Source: Octopus sinensis (lineage: Eukaryota). Taken from it: a DNA stretch of 64,000 nucleotides. Position 1 is the first letter of the stretch. The number at the start of each line of letters is the position of its first letter. The position numbers and the translations under genes were made by a program. The stretch is taken from contig NC_042999.1 of assembly GCF_006345805.1 (NCBI RefSeq), positions 137,640,001-137,704,000 on the forward strand, in the 5' to 3' direction. The notes under the pieces were generated by a model. The model saw only the letters and a program-made list of their open reading frames with translations, was not told the DNA's origin and did not search any database. This document shows, one piece after another, positions 1-12,561 of the stretch.

Positions 1-152
1 CCAATATAGTTTCATCTGATCCATGCAAGCTTGAAAAGGTAGACATTAAAACAATGATGGCGAAGATGGTGATGGTGATGGTGATGATGATGAAGATAAT
101 GATAAATATATGTGTGTGCATACACACACCCACACACACATCCTCCTCCTCC

Positions 153-3100
153 TCATCATCATCATCATCATCAACATTTAACATCCACTTTCCATGGTGG
201 CATGGGTTGGACAGTTTGACTGTAAGCTGGTAAGCCAGGGGGCTGCACCAGGTTCCGATTTCATTTGGCAAGGTTTCTACAGCTGGATACCCTTCCTAAA
301 ACCATTCACTCTGAGAGTGTAGTGGGTGTTTTTTATATGTTACTGGCACATATGCCAATGACTTGAAACCAGTATTGGCCACAACTACAATCTCAGTTGG
401 CTTGACAGGTCTACTACAAGCACAGTATATTGCCAAAGGTCTTGGTCACCTGTCTCTGCCTCCATGACGCCCAACACTCAAATAATGCTTTTTATGTGCC
501 ACTGGCATGGGTGCAAGTCAGATGGCATTGACATCAGCCACAACTATAATTTCACTCAGTTTGACAGGTCTTCACAAGCACAGCATATCACCCAACACTG
601 AAGGGTGTTTTCAACAAGCCAGTTACACGACACTGGCATCAGTCACAACTATGATCTCACTTGGCTTGATGAGGCCCAATGCTCGGATGGTACTTTTTAC
701 GTGTCACTAGCACAGGTGCAAGTCACAGTGCACTGGCATTGAACACAACTACAATTTCACTCGGCTCAACAAGTCTTCACAAGCAAAGCATATCGCCCAA
801 TGACTGAAGGATGTTTTTAACAGGCCAGTTACGCAACACTGGCATTGGCCATGACTACGATCTTACTTGGCTTGATGGGTCTTCTCAAGCATGGCATATA
901 TCCAAAGGTCTCAGTCGCTTGTCATTGCCTCTATGAAACCTAACATTTCAAAATCATGCTTCACCACTTCGTCCCATGTCTTCCTGGGTCTACCTCTTCC
1001 ATAGGTTCCCTCCACTGTTAGAATTCAACACTTCTTCACACAGCTGTCCTCATCCATATGCATCACATGACCATACCACTGCAGTTGACTCTCTTGCAAG
1101 TCCAACTTTTCTCTCAGGACACTTACATTCTGTCGTGCAAGCACACTGACATTACACATCCAACAGAGCATACTAGCTTCATTTCTTACAAGCCTACACA
1201 TATCTTCAGAAGTCATAGCCCATGTTTCACTGCCATGTAGCATGGCTGTTCACACACAGGCATCATACAGTCTGCCTTTCATTTTGAGCAAGAGGCCCTT
1301 CGTTACCAACAGAGGTAGGAGCTCTCTGAATTTTGCCCAGCCTATTCTTATTCTAAAAGCTATGCTCTCAGAGCATTCACCAAGGTAACAGAAGCTATCG
1401 ACTACATCTAGTTTTTCCTACTGGTATGTGAATGAATCTATTTTCTGTACATCTTCAATGTTTACTGCCACTGCGCACCATCCACACACAAAAACTATCA
1501 CCTATGCTAACCTTCCTCTGATATCGTTGCACCTCTTATGTGTCCATAGCTTACACTGGGTATATCTTATGGAGTTTCTAACTATGCCTTTTCTACAGAT
1601 TGAGCAGGGCCATCACCTGAAGGGATTTGTGATTTATCTACCTCCCTACTTTATTTCATTAAGATTTGCCATAAAGGCAACCGGGCGGGGCCCCGGGACG
1701 ATGGGATCCTGGGGCCGCAATGTGCATTTGAGGTGTCGATGTTCACTGAGTCCCGTAATTCGCATCAGTTCACGTGGATAGCCATGCTCTTCATCGACGG
1801 ACAAGCCGAGTGATCCCCCATCCAATCTATACTTACCTCCCTACTTACTAAGACTTTGGTTTTTACTAGGTTAACTCTAAGGCCCTTTGATTTTAGACCT
1901 TGCTTCCATACCTGAAACTTCTCTAGTTCTGGTAGTGATTCAGCTATAAGAGCAAGTTCATCAGCATAGAAGAGATTATAGCCTACTCCACCAGATATTT
2001 TAAGCATCTCAGTGGTGATTCCTGATGGGCCAGGGGCTTTTCCTGTCTTCATATCCTTAATTGCTTTATCTACCAAGGTACTGTCAATTTGAACAGCTGG
2101 TCCTTCAGTTGGGCCAACATTTGGCAGATTCTCTTTCTCTCATTCATTCTCTTCAATCAGCAACCTTTCATAGTGGTGTCTCTAAGCCTCTTTCTTTGCA
2201 GCATCATTAAATGCAAGAGAGACATCATCTATGCAGACACATTTCTCTCCTATGACATTGTGATTTTCTCTCACACACTGTCTTGCAATTTGAAACATAT
2301 CAAGTCTCTAGTCCTCACAATGCAGAACATTAGCAAATATCTTCTTTTCTGCTTCTTCTCTGGCTAAGTAAACCTGTCTCCTAGCTTCCCTTCTGGCTAT
2401 CTAATACAGTTTCCTGCTACCACCACATTTCCAGTCCTTCCAGACTTGTTTCTTTTCCCTAATGGCCCTGTCAACTACATTGTTCCACCACCATGTCACT
2501 TTAGGTCGAGAGGGGACTTTGCACCAGTCACAGCTCTGGTCAGTAGCCCTCAGCAGGTTGTCCCATAGGAACCTCCAGTTGACCTCCATGTTATACAATG
2601 CAATATCCTCCTCTTTTTTGTCAAAAGCTTCAAGAAATATGTCTCTGAATCTCTGTCCATTCAGAGAATCCTTAGGCTTCCAGACCTTCCTTTTCTTGGC
2701 AGGCATTTAGCCCTGATCCTGAAGTCACTAACAACTAACCTATGTTGTGGGGTGCATTCTTCACCTGGGAAAGTTTTGGCATTTATAAGCAGCAGTCTTT
2801 CTCACTTCCTGATGAGAATGTAGTCAATCTGACCAGAGCATGCACTGGACTGGTAGGTGAATAGTTAACTGGCAAGTTTCCTGAAGTTAGTATTACAAAT
2901 CATAAGATCTCTGGCATCACAGAACTCCAGCAGCCTGGTTCCCTCCTCATTGCAGGAACCAAATCTGTTGCCACCATGCACACCATGGAAGATCCCTGAA
3001 TGTTGTCCAACATGCCCAGCGAAGTCACCAGCCACAAAGATAAGGTACCTGTCATTTGTCAACAAGGTAGTCTGCAAGAGGGTGTAATAAAATCAGTCTT

Positions 3101-3214
3101 TCTGTTCATCAGCCAGCCCTGGCTGAGGAGCATAGGCCAAGATAATGGTTGCTATTCCATGTTGCAGCACTAGTCTAAGCTTAAGTATTCTATCACAGAC
3201 ATTGACTATCTCAA
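153..3214 (-). mobile_element. RTE-clade LINE, 5'-truncated, internally deleted, decayed
   Basis: Minus-strand fragments: APE endonuclease (RILKLRLVL..IATIILAYAPQPGL; FVAGDFAGHVG..CNEEGTRLLEFC..LMICNTNFRK), pre-RT (KAIKDMKTGKAPGPSGITTEMLK), RT YADD-like motif (LFYADELALIAES) and C-terminus (MLHGSETWAMT..LQWYGHVMHMDEDSCVKKC). The 3' end is a (GAT)n tail at 153-172. Confidence 0.93.
1681..1822 (-). pseudogene. 5.8S rRNA-derived retrocopy (near full length, diverged) inserted into the RTE LINE
   Basis: The reverse complement reads GGGGGATCACTCGGCTTGTCCGTCGATGAAGAGC...GTGAACATCGACACCTCAAATGCACATTGCGGCCCC..., collinear with conserved 5.8S motifs (GGATCACTCGGC, GTCGATGAAGA, AACATCGACA, GCACATTGCGGCC). 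The insert 1652-1833 is flanked by the 13-bp direct repeat TACCTCCCTACTT (1639-1651, 1834-1846). Confidence 0.88.
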
Positions 3215-4817
3215 TACACGCATATATTTACAGGTATACACACACACACACATATATATATATATAAATAGGTGTATGAGTTACATTCTACAAGACTGTT
3301 TGCAAATAACGCTGTTTAAAACACATATTGAGGAAATATATTTTTTGGAGGTAAAGCTCCACATGTACATTTATCTAGTTATGTTTTTCATATAACAGCC
3401 TAGTAATATAGGAATTTAAGAAAAGGTTGTTTTTTTTGTTGCTGTTTTTTTAAATAGAAAGTTGTGTGTTACTTTGCGATTGCTAAGTTTGTGTCTTTAT
3501 CCATTATTTCTTTGTTATATTCAGTCACTATAGGGAAAACACATACATAAAGAAGAGAAAGAAGAGAATTACATATGAAAAGATGGGTATACTTTTAGAG
3601 GAGATGGGTTTAAATACAGTTCTTGTGTAGAGACTGTTGTTGGAACAAAGAGTAAAGAATATTGTTTGATATTGATTTAGAGGTCAAAGGTTATCAATAA
3701 AGCAGCTTTTGGTAATCAACAAAATACTTGACAATAACAACTTAAAAACTCTGCGCAGGAGTCTAATCTAGAGTGTGGAAAGTTTCAGTTTTGCAGTGGT
3801 TTAGCAGCTGCTCAGTACTAAAGAGCTTCTTTGAATAGGAAGTAAAAATTTCCAAATGTTAAGAATATAATTTTTCTATTAAAAGCCAAGCTAATATTTA
3901 TTTGCAGTGTGTACTTTGAAGACAATTTTTCAAATTGGCAGTATGGATAAAAATTGGAGGAATGGAGAGAGAAGAGAGTGTGTGTCATTGTTTCGCTTTC
4001 CTTTGCTGCTTATTGCTGTAATCTAGCATGCATTGCTTCAAATTATGTTCAATTACACAGACAATTCAATACTCTCGAATCCACTTTTATTAAATTAAAT
4101 TGAAAGGGATGAATGAGTGATTCTAAAAATAACATTCTCTTCATACATTCTAAACTTAAGAATTATTTGTGATATAGGAAGTGACTCACCTTTTGAGATA
4201 AAGAAACTGAGGTGTTTTAATTATAGACTAATGTTTTCATAACAGAAGAAATGAGAGAAGAGTCATAAAAGCAAAATATGCAGTTGTTTTCACTCATTTC
4301 CTTGGATAAAGAAATTTCAAACAGTTTGGAGCAGCATTTCCCAAAGTTTTAATTCTTGTGGAACCTTTGAAATACACATCTCAGGGAAATTACAAAAAAA
4401 TTATTACATATCTTTAGTAATCTTTTTCTCTCTTAAATAAAGTTAAATTTCAGAAGGGACTATAGAACCACTTTTGAAAGGTTTAACAGTGCTATATCCA
4501 TCAGATACCACACAGAACATTTAAGAAATTTTATTTTAACAGTTGACAATAACAAGAGTTTCCAGCTCTAAAATCCCTGTCATCCAGATTATGCAGTTAG
4601 ACAATTATGAAGCCAAAACATAACTTAATATATTCTATTTACAACAAGTATTTTTTTTCAATAATTTTATTACATATCATCCTATTCCTTTTATTTGTGC
4701 ATCTAATTGACATACTTTATTTGTTTGTTGTTGTTGTTTTTTGCTTTATGTTTAAAGTTAATTTCTTATTTTGACAGAAAAATGATATAAAAATCTGTAC
4801 AGAAGAGATAATCTTAC

Positions 4818-4959
4818 CCATTTTCCAAAGCAGCAAACTGAAATCCTCTGAAATAGCAAGCTTTTAGACAAATATCAATACTGACAAATCGACTTTTTAA
4901 TATTTTTTTCATCTGTTGCAGAGCACCAATTCTTCCCTCAAAGCAGCCAATATAAGTTC
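4818..4959 (-). CDS. Exon of a multi-WSC-domain protein: N-terminal half of the second WSC domain
   Basis: Acceptor atattttctag| and donor |gtaaga; 142 bp, phase 1 to 2. It encodes (G)TYIGCFEGRIGALQQMKKILKSRFVSIDICLKACYFRGFQFAALEN(G), matching the WSC pattern YxGC..C..xC..G(Y/F)x(Y/F)A(G/A)LExG. Intron phases match the paralogous exon at 50285-50417. Confidence 0.88.
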
Positions 4960-7269
4960 CTAGAAAATATGTACAGATTTTCAATTACAAACATGAAAGA
5001 TCAACAAATTTTCTTTTGCTTTTGTTACATACTCATGTGGGTTACACAGGTTTCTTACTGTGATACAAATGCTTAGGCAATTAATTTATACAAAAGCATT
5101 TCAGCACCATACCTGGACCCATCTGAAACTAAAGATGCAAATAAATTTCTTTCTTTCACTAGAGTAACATTAAAAGAATACTTTAACTGCACTCAGAGTC
5201 CTTAATATGCTTTCTCATACTTTTTCCCATATATTTGATGGATTTTATGCATAGTGAAATGACAGGAGGCTGAAGGGAAAAATCTACTGGCTGTCAAATT
5301 ACATTTCAGAATTAATGTGAGAAATAGACATTGCTTCACAAAGACATCTGTCTTAATACAAACTGTGAGATATTTGCTACCATTCTGCATGCTCATAGTT
5401 TCCTTAAAATATATAGCAAATTAAAAACCACTATATCTCAAATGGCAGATTTTGAAGCTAAAGTACTCTCTTTCTCTCATAAAAGTATATGATATATGAC
5501 TTTTATATTTTAATTCTTTGTTTTAATTTTACTTCTTTGTTCTGAACAGTTACAACATAAAACAAGTTTTTAAATTACCTGGTTTAAATTCAAGTGTTAG
5601 CATTTAGAAAAGCTTTTAATAAAAGTAAATACTAAAGCGAATTTGAACCTAATTTTCGCTGATAATTTTTTTTAATGCCTCCTTTATAACAGCAATCCAA
5701 GCAGCATCTGGTAGTTAACAATAGATGATGACTCAAATCATTGAAAAGATTCTTTCTTATATTAACACAGAGCTGTTCAAACATTTTCATCAATTGACTC
5801 CAATAAAACTAGAGAAACTACACTCTTGCATAATTTCTCCCCATTTATATGCTTCACCTGAAATAACATGTACTGAATAAATGCAAACATTACTAAGTAA
5901 AACAGTACTGGCAGACAAATAAAAACATAAAGCAATCTAAACACAAGTTTTGCATCAAAATAATAAAAAAAAAACTATCAAGTTAAGGTATTTGTCAAGT
6001 TTGCCTTCAAAACAAAGGAGTTAACCCTTATCAAGCAGACTCCAAAGACATTCTAGCCATGACCATCTCATCTGTTTTTCAGATGTTAGCATACCTCAGA
6101 CTACATTGTCCAATGTATTATATTTTTAATACAGTACAGTGTGTTTTGAGGGAGATTTTGCTGCTACTTTTAGAAGGTCAAATGACCACATATCCTTATT
6201 GGTTCATGTTGTTAAGTGTAGTGATTGTTGTATTCTATGTTCTTCAGTGTTGCTGGTAAGAAAGAGAAAAATAACTGAAGTTATTGTGTAGCTACACACA
6301 AGAAAATTATGAGAGGAGGTAATTCTAAGGTCATCTATTTAAGTTGTGTGTACAATTGTTAGTAGTGGGAAGATGTAAGTCCAAGTTAGAGAGATTAAGT
6401 GAGGAGGTACAGCATTGTGGTGTATAATGAAATTACTTTTAGATTTGTTATTGTCATACTCTACATAGGCTTGGCAACTTGAGTAATATTTTGCAAGGCA
6501 AAATTTGTTGTTTCTTAATGCATAGTTTATGACTTTGTTTACGAGTGGGTAGCAAACAATAGTCAAATACTTTGCTAATGTTAATGGTGGTTAGAATAGT
6601 GTATGTTGGGGGATTTTGCCAATAAATTCATCATCTGTATAGATTTGTTAATTGTGCAGTTCTCTGGATATTGTTCTCTGAAATCATATTTCAAATTGAA
6701 ACAAGAAATACAAGAGTTTTATAATGACAAGAATGAATTTTTCTAAAAATTTTTATGAATATACATCAGAGAGTGATGGTTATGTATAACATTGGTTCAG
6801 TTAAGTTTTTGTTTGTAAAACTGTGATTATTATCAGCCTTTCTGAGGAATTGGCAATGAAGGCATAAGGATGAGAAGATAGTAGTGAGTGAAATAATTCT
6901 TTCTGGTACTAAGTGTTTTAGGGGTACAATACTGATACTGTAATCCGTTCTGAGTTTTTGTTTAGTGATTTGTGTTGTCTCTTTATATATAACTTATATA
7001 TAAGTATTTTGTACTGGAATACTACAACCTTTTTATATTGTCTGAGTTTGTTTTGGATAGTCATCTATTATGTACAAGTCTGGGGTGTTTATTTGTGTGG
7101 ATAGCTATGGCTGCAACACTAGTTACTCAACTAATATTCTGGTATGCCATTTTTCAGACAATCCACTATAGAATCAACTGGTAAAACCTATGGCATGTAA
7201 GTGATCAAATGACAGGACATAATCTATAGGTCCCTTGAAAACCATAGTATGCACTCCAGCATGCTATAG

Positions 7270-7534
7270 TTTATTGTGTGGAGTGGCATGTAAAAAGCAC
7301 TATCCAAATGTGATCAATGCCTGACTGGCTCTTGTACTAGTGACACATTAAAAGGACCCACTACACTCATGGAGTGGTTGGCATTAGGAAGGGCATCCAG
7401 CTGTAGAAACATCACCAGATCAGATTGGAGCCTAGTGCAACCATCGGCTTTCCAGACTTCATTCAAACCATTCAACCCATGCCAACATGGAAAACAGACA
7501 TTAAACGATGATGATGATGATGATGATGATGATG
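7270..7534 (+). mobile_element. RTE-type 3' end / RTE-tailed SINE fragment
   Basis: Contains GAGTGGTTGGCATTAGGAAGGGCATCCAGCTGTAGAAAC..CATGCCAACATGGAAAACAGACATTAAAC followed by (GAT)n, the same 3' UTR as the RTE copies elsewhere in the window. Confidence 0.8.
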
Positions 7535-8909
7535 AGGTAAGTGTAGAAGTTGAGCCTATTAAATTTTCTCTACTGTCCAGTTTGTTATTGTATACCTATT
7601 AGATCTTGTGTGACCACAGTGGAGGCCAGCAAGGTACACTCAATTAGAGCACAACATTTGTCCTTTTGTATTTATTATAAGTGTTTAGAGATAATGGCAC
7701 TATTGATGCTACAGGTATTTTAGTGTGTACATACTTTTATGGTTGCCTAGAATGGGTGTTCTTAACATAATTGTATTTTAAGGTGTCCTGGTGTTAAGTA
7801 ATAGTTATACATTTTGTGCCAGAGAGTGTGAAGGGTGGAACTTGCTGCAACAACAAACTGTCTCTGACATGACCAAGTAATCTCAGTTTAAATGTTTTTG
7901 TTTCATTGTATAGGTGATTTGTAGGTATGATCAGTGTGCAGCCAGTGGTAATGCAAAATGTGCTGTTCTAAGTTCTTTGTAATTTGTTGAGAAGAGACTG
8001 GTTACCCAGGTAGACACTAATATAGACCATGATGGAATAATATAGTTTCCATACGTAAGTGATGATTCTATATTGGTCAATTATGATTGATCTTATTGTA
8101 TTTAAATGCAGTATCTATTTACCATGTCTTCTATATGTGCAGGGAATGTTGTAGAGGGAGTCTCTATGCAACCACCTGACTGTTAGATTTAGCAGCCAAA
8201 TGTACCTTGAACCACAGTCTTAAAAGTAAAGTCCATCATCATTTTACATCCACCTTCACAACAGTATTGGTTGGACAGGTCATCAGAGGTCATACTGGAT
8301 AATTCAGCAATATCTGTTGTTCAAAGAGGTTAACTTTTATATTTCTATAACTGTTTACTTCTTTTTGTTTGCTGCAGCCTTCAACTTCTAGGTATTAAAC
8401 TCTATTTTATTCACAGGCCCAGCTGATCTTTCTGTAAAAAGCATTTGTCTTCTGAGGAAGTTAACAGCATTTATGCTTTTGTCAATGACAAATATTCTGT
8501 ACTTAATCATAATTAGCATCTTAACAAAGTAAATAGAATAATTAATAGATTTAGGCTACAACTCTTCCTTTTGTTAGTTTGAAAGCATATCAATAACTTA
8601 AATGGATATCTACTTTCCAGCTTTCTCATCTATTTTCTCTAGAAATTACTTTTTATCTTGAATTTTATTTACCATTTTACTTAATGTTCTCCCACACAAT
8701 ATTTCCTGTGATAAAAATAAATGAACATAATTTAATATTCCAGGTATCAAATGAATATTGTTTTTGTGTTTCATTGCTACCCACCACCATTATTGAAAGA
8801 TGTTGTGGTGATTATCCCAACTTTTCAAAACATCAAGCATTTTAAAAACATCTGTCACTCTCTCCCTTTCTCAGTGTGTGTGTACACATACACACACACA
8901 CACACACAT

Positions 8910-9170
8910 GATGGACTCTCCCGTCGATAGATGGCATATGAGGGTTCGACAGATTTTTACCAAACAACCACACAGATGATTTGTTTATAGTGATGAAATG
9001 TTTGTATACCTATAAGCTCACTCACTCCATGAAATCAATATTACTTGTACAGGTGCAATGGGTGCAGAGCAATGTGAAATGAAGTGCTTTGCTCAAGAAC
9101 ACAATGCAACGCATGGTCTGGAAATTGAACCCACAATCTCGCAGTCATGAGTGCAACACCTTAACCACTG
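8910..9170 (-). mobile_element. tRNA-derived SINE, decayed
   Basis: The minus-strand head has CAGTGGTTAAGGTGTTGCACTCATGA..GGGTTCAATTTCC (A/B-box-like). It shares AAGTGxxTTGCTCAAGAACACAA with the copy at 28700-29040. Confidence 0.65.
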
Positions 9171-10215
9171 CATAGGAAGTCATTTCATGTAAGTTTGGTC
9201 TAATGTAAGATTTGAACTTGGCACAAAGTTAAAGAACTGGCCACCAATGACTCCCACATAGTATTTTATAACTAGTTGAGTTGAGGTAGTCGTAGTTAGG
9301 TGTCTTCTGTCTGAATAAGGTTAGTTAAGGATGTGAATCATGTTTTGTTTTTTTTTCTTTTGTTTTTGTTTTTGTTTTTCTTTGCAAGGCTGATAATTTG
9401 ACTACCTATATAATTCCACAGAATAGATATAGTATTTGTATTAAATTTTACACATGACTGCATACTTTTATACAGCAAATTACACTCGTATTTGGTTCCT
9501 TAAATAAGTGAAATCATTAAGATTATGGCCAACTGGAGCACTGAGTATAATTATACTTTCATTAGTCTGGACTGGTTGAATCATTAGAGTATCAAAGAAA
9601 AGTTTCAAGGCATTTATTCCAGCTTTTTATTTTACCAAAGATGACTTTAGGTTTCATCATTCTGGGGTCCAAAAAATAAGTACCAGTGAAGTAGTGAGAG
9701 TGATATAACTGACTATGCTCTCTCAACAAAATTTTGGCTTTGTGCCTATGGGAGAAATTTTCAATTGGAATAACTAATCTAAGCTCATGTGTATTTAAAG
9801 AAAGAAACACCTTAGTATTACTATTACTGACCATGTAAATATATATATAAACTAATATGCATATGTACTTAGTATAAATATAAAATTGGCCCATACAGGT
9901 CTATTTGGTAGCTTGAAATGAGGATCAGACTGACCATTTCATTGTTATTTAACAATCCATCAAGAATCTTTCACCTTTCACTCATAAACTGCAAATGATA
10001 GTTGCAGAAGCCTACTTATAAAAATGTAAATACAACTTATGACTAACAAAGGTCATTTGCATAATGCTACAAGGTGTGCCAATAATCACTAAAGAACAAA
10101 TACAGTATAGGATGTGACTATTTATATAAAGTTCATATTAATAGAAAGACAAAGACAGGTGTAGGAACAACAAACAAGTGTATTAGTTTGATGCTCAGGA
10201 AAAATAGAAAATACT

Positions 10216-10615
10216 TTTACGTTTCAAGCCTATGCTCTTCGACAGAAAGGAATAAGAGGAAATAAATAGAGAGAGAATGAAAAAAACATGTTGAGTTAGC
10301 CTTAAGAGTGGATTTGATAGATGGAAACTGAAAGAAACCCATCATGTATGTGTGTGTGTGTGTACGTGCATGTGTGTACTCTTGCCTAGACATCACACAA
10401 TGGTTGTAAATGAAAATCATCATCATACAAGTGATGTTGTTCTTTTCCAGTTTTCTGTGGGAAACATTTCTGGTCATGGAAAAATATTTTCTTACTTGAA
10501 AACAGGTGAGGGTTGTTGACAAGAAGGGCATCTAGCCATAGAGTATCTGCTACAATAAAACACTGTCTGACCCATGCAAGCATGGAAAAGTGAATGTTAG
10601 AATAATGATAATTCA
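10216..10615. mobile_element. Composite SINE/RTE-tail remnant with internal (TG)n
   Basis: It contains GAGTGGATTTGATAGATGGAAACTGAAAGAAACCCATC+(TG)n, shared with the SINE at 60975-61405, and an RTE-like tail GGGCATCTAGCC..CCCATGCAAGCATGGAAAAG. Confidence 0.6.
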
Positions 10616-10835
10616 TATGTATTTAGTCTTGTTGGGAAATTGGATCAACAAAAATGATACATTAATCAGACTATGTTAGTATTAGAAAACAAGAATATTA
10701 ATAGCATATTAGGATATTTTGGTAAATCACTGATGTAAAATAACAGCAACAGTTTTTTTTCCAAGAATATGTAGTAAAACATTCTTACTACAAGGAATTA
10801 ATAATAATAAACAACAAAATTAGAGAAATTCTTAC

Positions 10836-10871
10836 CATTTGGAGAATAAAACTGATTTGGGGTTTTGATCA
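10836..10871 (-). CDS. Predicted 36-bp linker micro-exon of the WSC gene
   Basis: Strong donor G|gtaaga and T-rich acceptor ttttcttcatttttaattggaaatag|; phase 1 to 1. It encodes (L)IKTPNQFYSPN(G) and joins ..LQVY to GTYIGCF in frame. Direct joining of the flanking exons would give TGA. Confidence 0.6.
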
Positions 10872-12156
10872 CTATTTCCAATTAAAAATGAAGAAAACAT
10901 ATTATTATAAATAAATTAGAAAAAAATTTTTATAGTCTGATTTTAATGCTACTGATTTCCACACTTGAATCTATTTATTATTAACATTAACCTCTTCATC
11001 ATAAAAAGAGGATCTTGGAAACCCTTCTGTCACATTCCAAACAATATCTCAGATAGCTTAGGTGTTGTTTCCAACAACTAAATTTGAGTTTTTAAAATTA
11101 TTTCTGTCTTTCCATAGTATATATGAGGCAAGCCATAATTTTTACAAGAGAATTATAAGATATTTCAGTATAGAAGAATTTAAAGAAATAAAGCTGATAT
11201 TTAATCATCATTTAAAATGTGTTTCCCCATCTTTTACAGCAGAAAGCAATGAGCTAACTATATTACTAAAGCATATTAAACTATAATTATCTTACAATTA
11301 AATTTTATTCATTTATTTATTATAAACTATTTACAATATCTATCTACTAGAAAAACAAAAACAAATTTAATTTGATTTGCTTACAAGATGTTTATGAAAA
11401 TTTAGGAGTCTTAAATTATTCTGCTATTCATATAATAATGTCGATAACAACATGACAATTTTCAGTTTTATCCAAATTTTATTCCACCCACTTAGCATTA
11501 TTTAAATTTTTTTTAATGAACATCATTATGAGATAAAAAAAGTTAGATACATAAGAAATTTTATGTGACATTTAGTGGGAAGAGAAAAGTGAGGTAGAAA
11601 AGCTATTAGACTATTAGTCCTTGTATGGGTCACTTGTTCTGTCACAACATATATTTCATAGTGTCTCTGGTTAAGATAAATTAAATATCTTTTTCTAAGG
11701 GACAAATTTCAATTCCTTAAGGAATTTTTTACAAACATCACCTACTAAATTTAATGTCTAGATTTATAAAACCTACTAAATTTAATGTCTAAATATGTGA
11801 AATGAATTGTTAGTAATTTTATAAGTTTTTGAACTATTTAACCCCATTTTTAAAGATGAATTAATTTTTTTTGCAGTATCTACATCTATACTATGTTTTG
11901 ATGGTGGTTTTGTTTTTATTCCTAGGTGAGTACATAGTAACAGATTAGATTTCATTTAGAAATCCTAATTTCTAAAGAGTAATAACATTTTCTAAAGATA
12001 AGGTTAACAGTCCAATTTTCCTGATGAATAAGTACGAGAACTTTCTGGGTAATTTACTAGCAACAGACAATAAAATATTATCTAAGAGATGCATCTCATA
12101 CCTTAACTCTAATATATCTTAATTTCTCACTATCTGGCTCTCTGTATTTTATGAAA

Positions 12157-12561
12157 AGATGAATTTTACTAATCAAATACTGTTTACTAAATAGGAATTT
12201 GTTACAATAATACTGATTGAATTCAAAATGATTTAAGCTATTTTTTAATTTAAAAATTAGTTAAATCAATAATTTTTGTTTCAGACATTTGCTTCAGATT
12301 TTTGTGTCCTGTAATATATTATTTTCTTAAAAATTGATTGTAAACAAACCAAATAAGAATAGTATAATCAGATGAATTTTACTAATCAAATACTGTTTAC
12401 TAAATAGGAATTTGTTACATATAATTAATGATTGACATTCAAATTTAAAAATTAGTTAAATCAATAATTTTTGTTTCAGACATTTTGCTTTCAGATTTTT
12501 GTCCTTGTAAATATATTATTTTCTTAAAAATTGATTGTAAACAAACCAAATAAGAATAGTA
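12157..12561. repeat. About 200-bp tandem duplication (two copies)
   Basis: AGATGAATTTTACTAATCAAATACTG...AAATAAGAATAGTA occurs at 12157-12364 and 12370-12561. The copies differ mainly by small indels. Confidence 0.92.

Noticed and set aside
360-920. Repeat-spacer-like array that might be taken for CRISPR
   Set aside because: The units are diverged RTE 3' UTR modules of variable length in a eukaryotic context, with no cas genes.
5113-5128. Possible 10- or 16-bp micro-exon (..tttag|TTTCAG|ATGGGTCCAG|gtatgg) just upstream of the WSC exon at 4959
   Set aside because: Starting in phase 1 it ends in phase 2, which does not fit the next exon. The 36-bp exon at 10836-10871 already closes the frame.
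6083-6255. Plus-strand segment with good AG and GT sites and an open hydrophobic frame
   Set aside because: No recognisable domain, no partner exons, antisense to the host gene, and such frames are common in AT-rich DNA.
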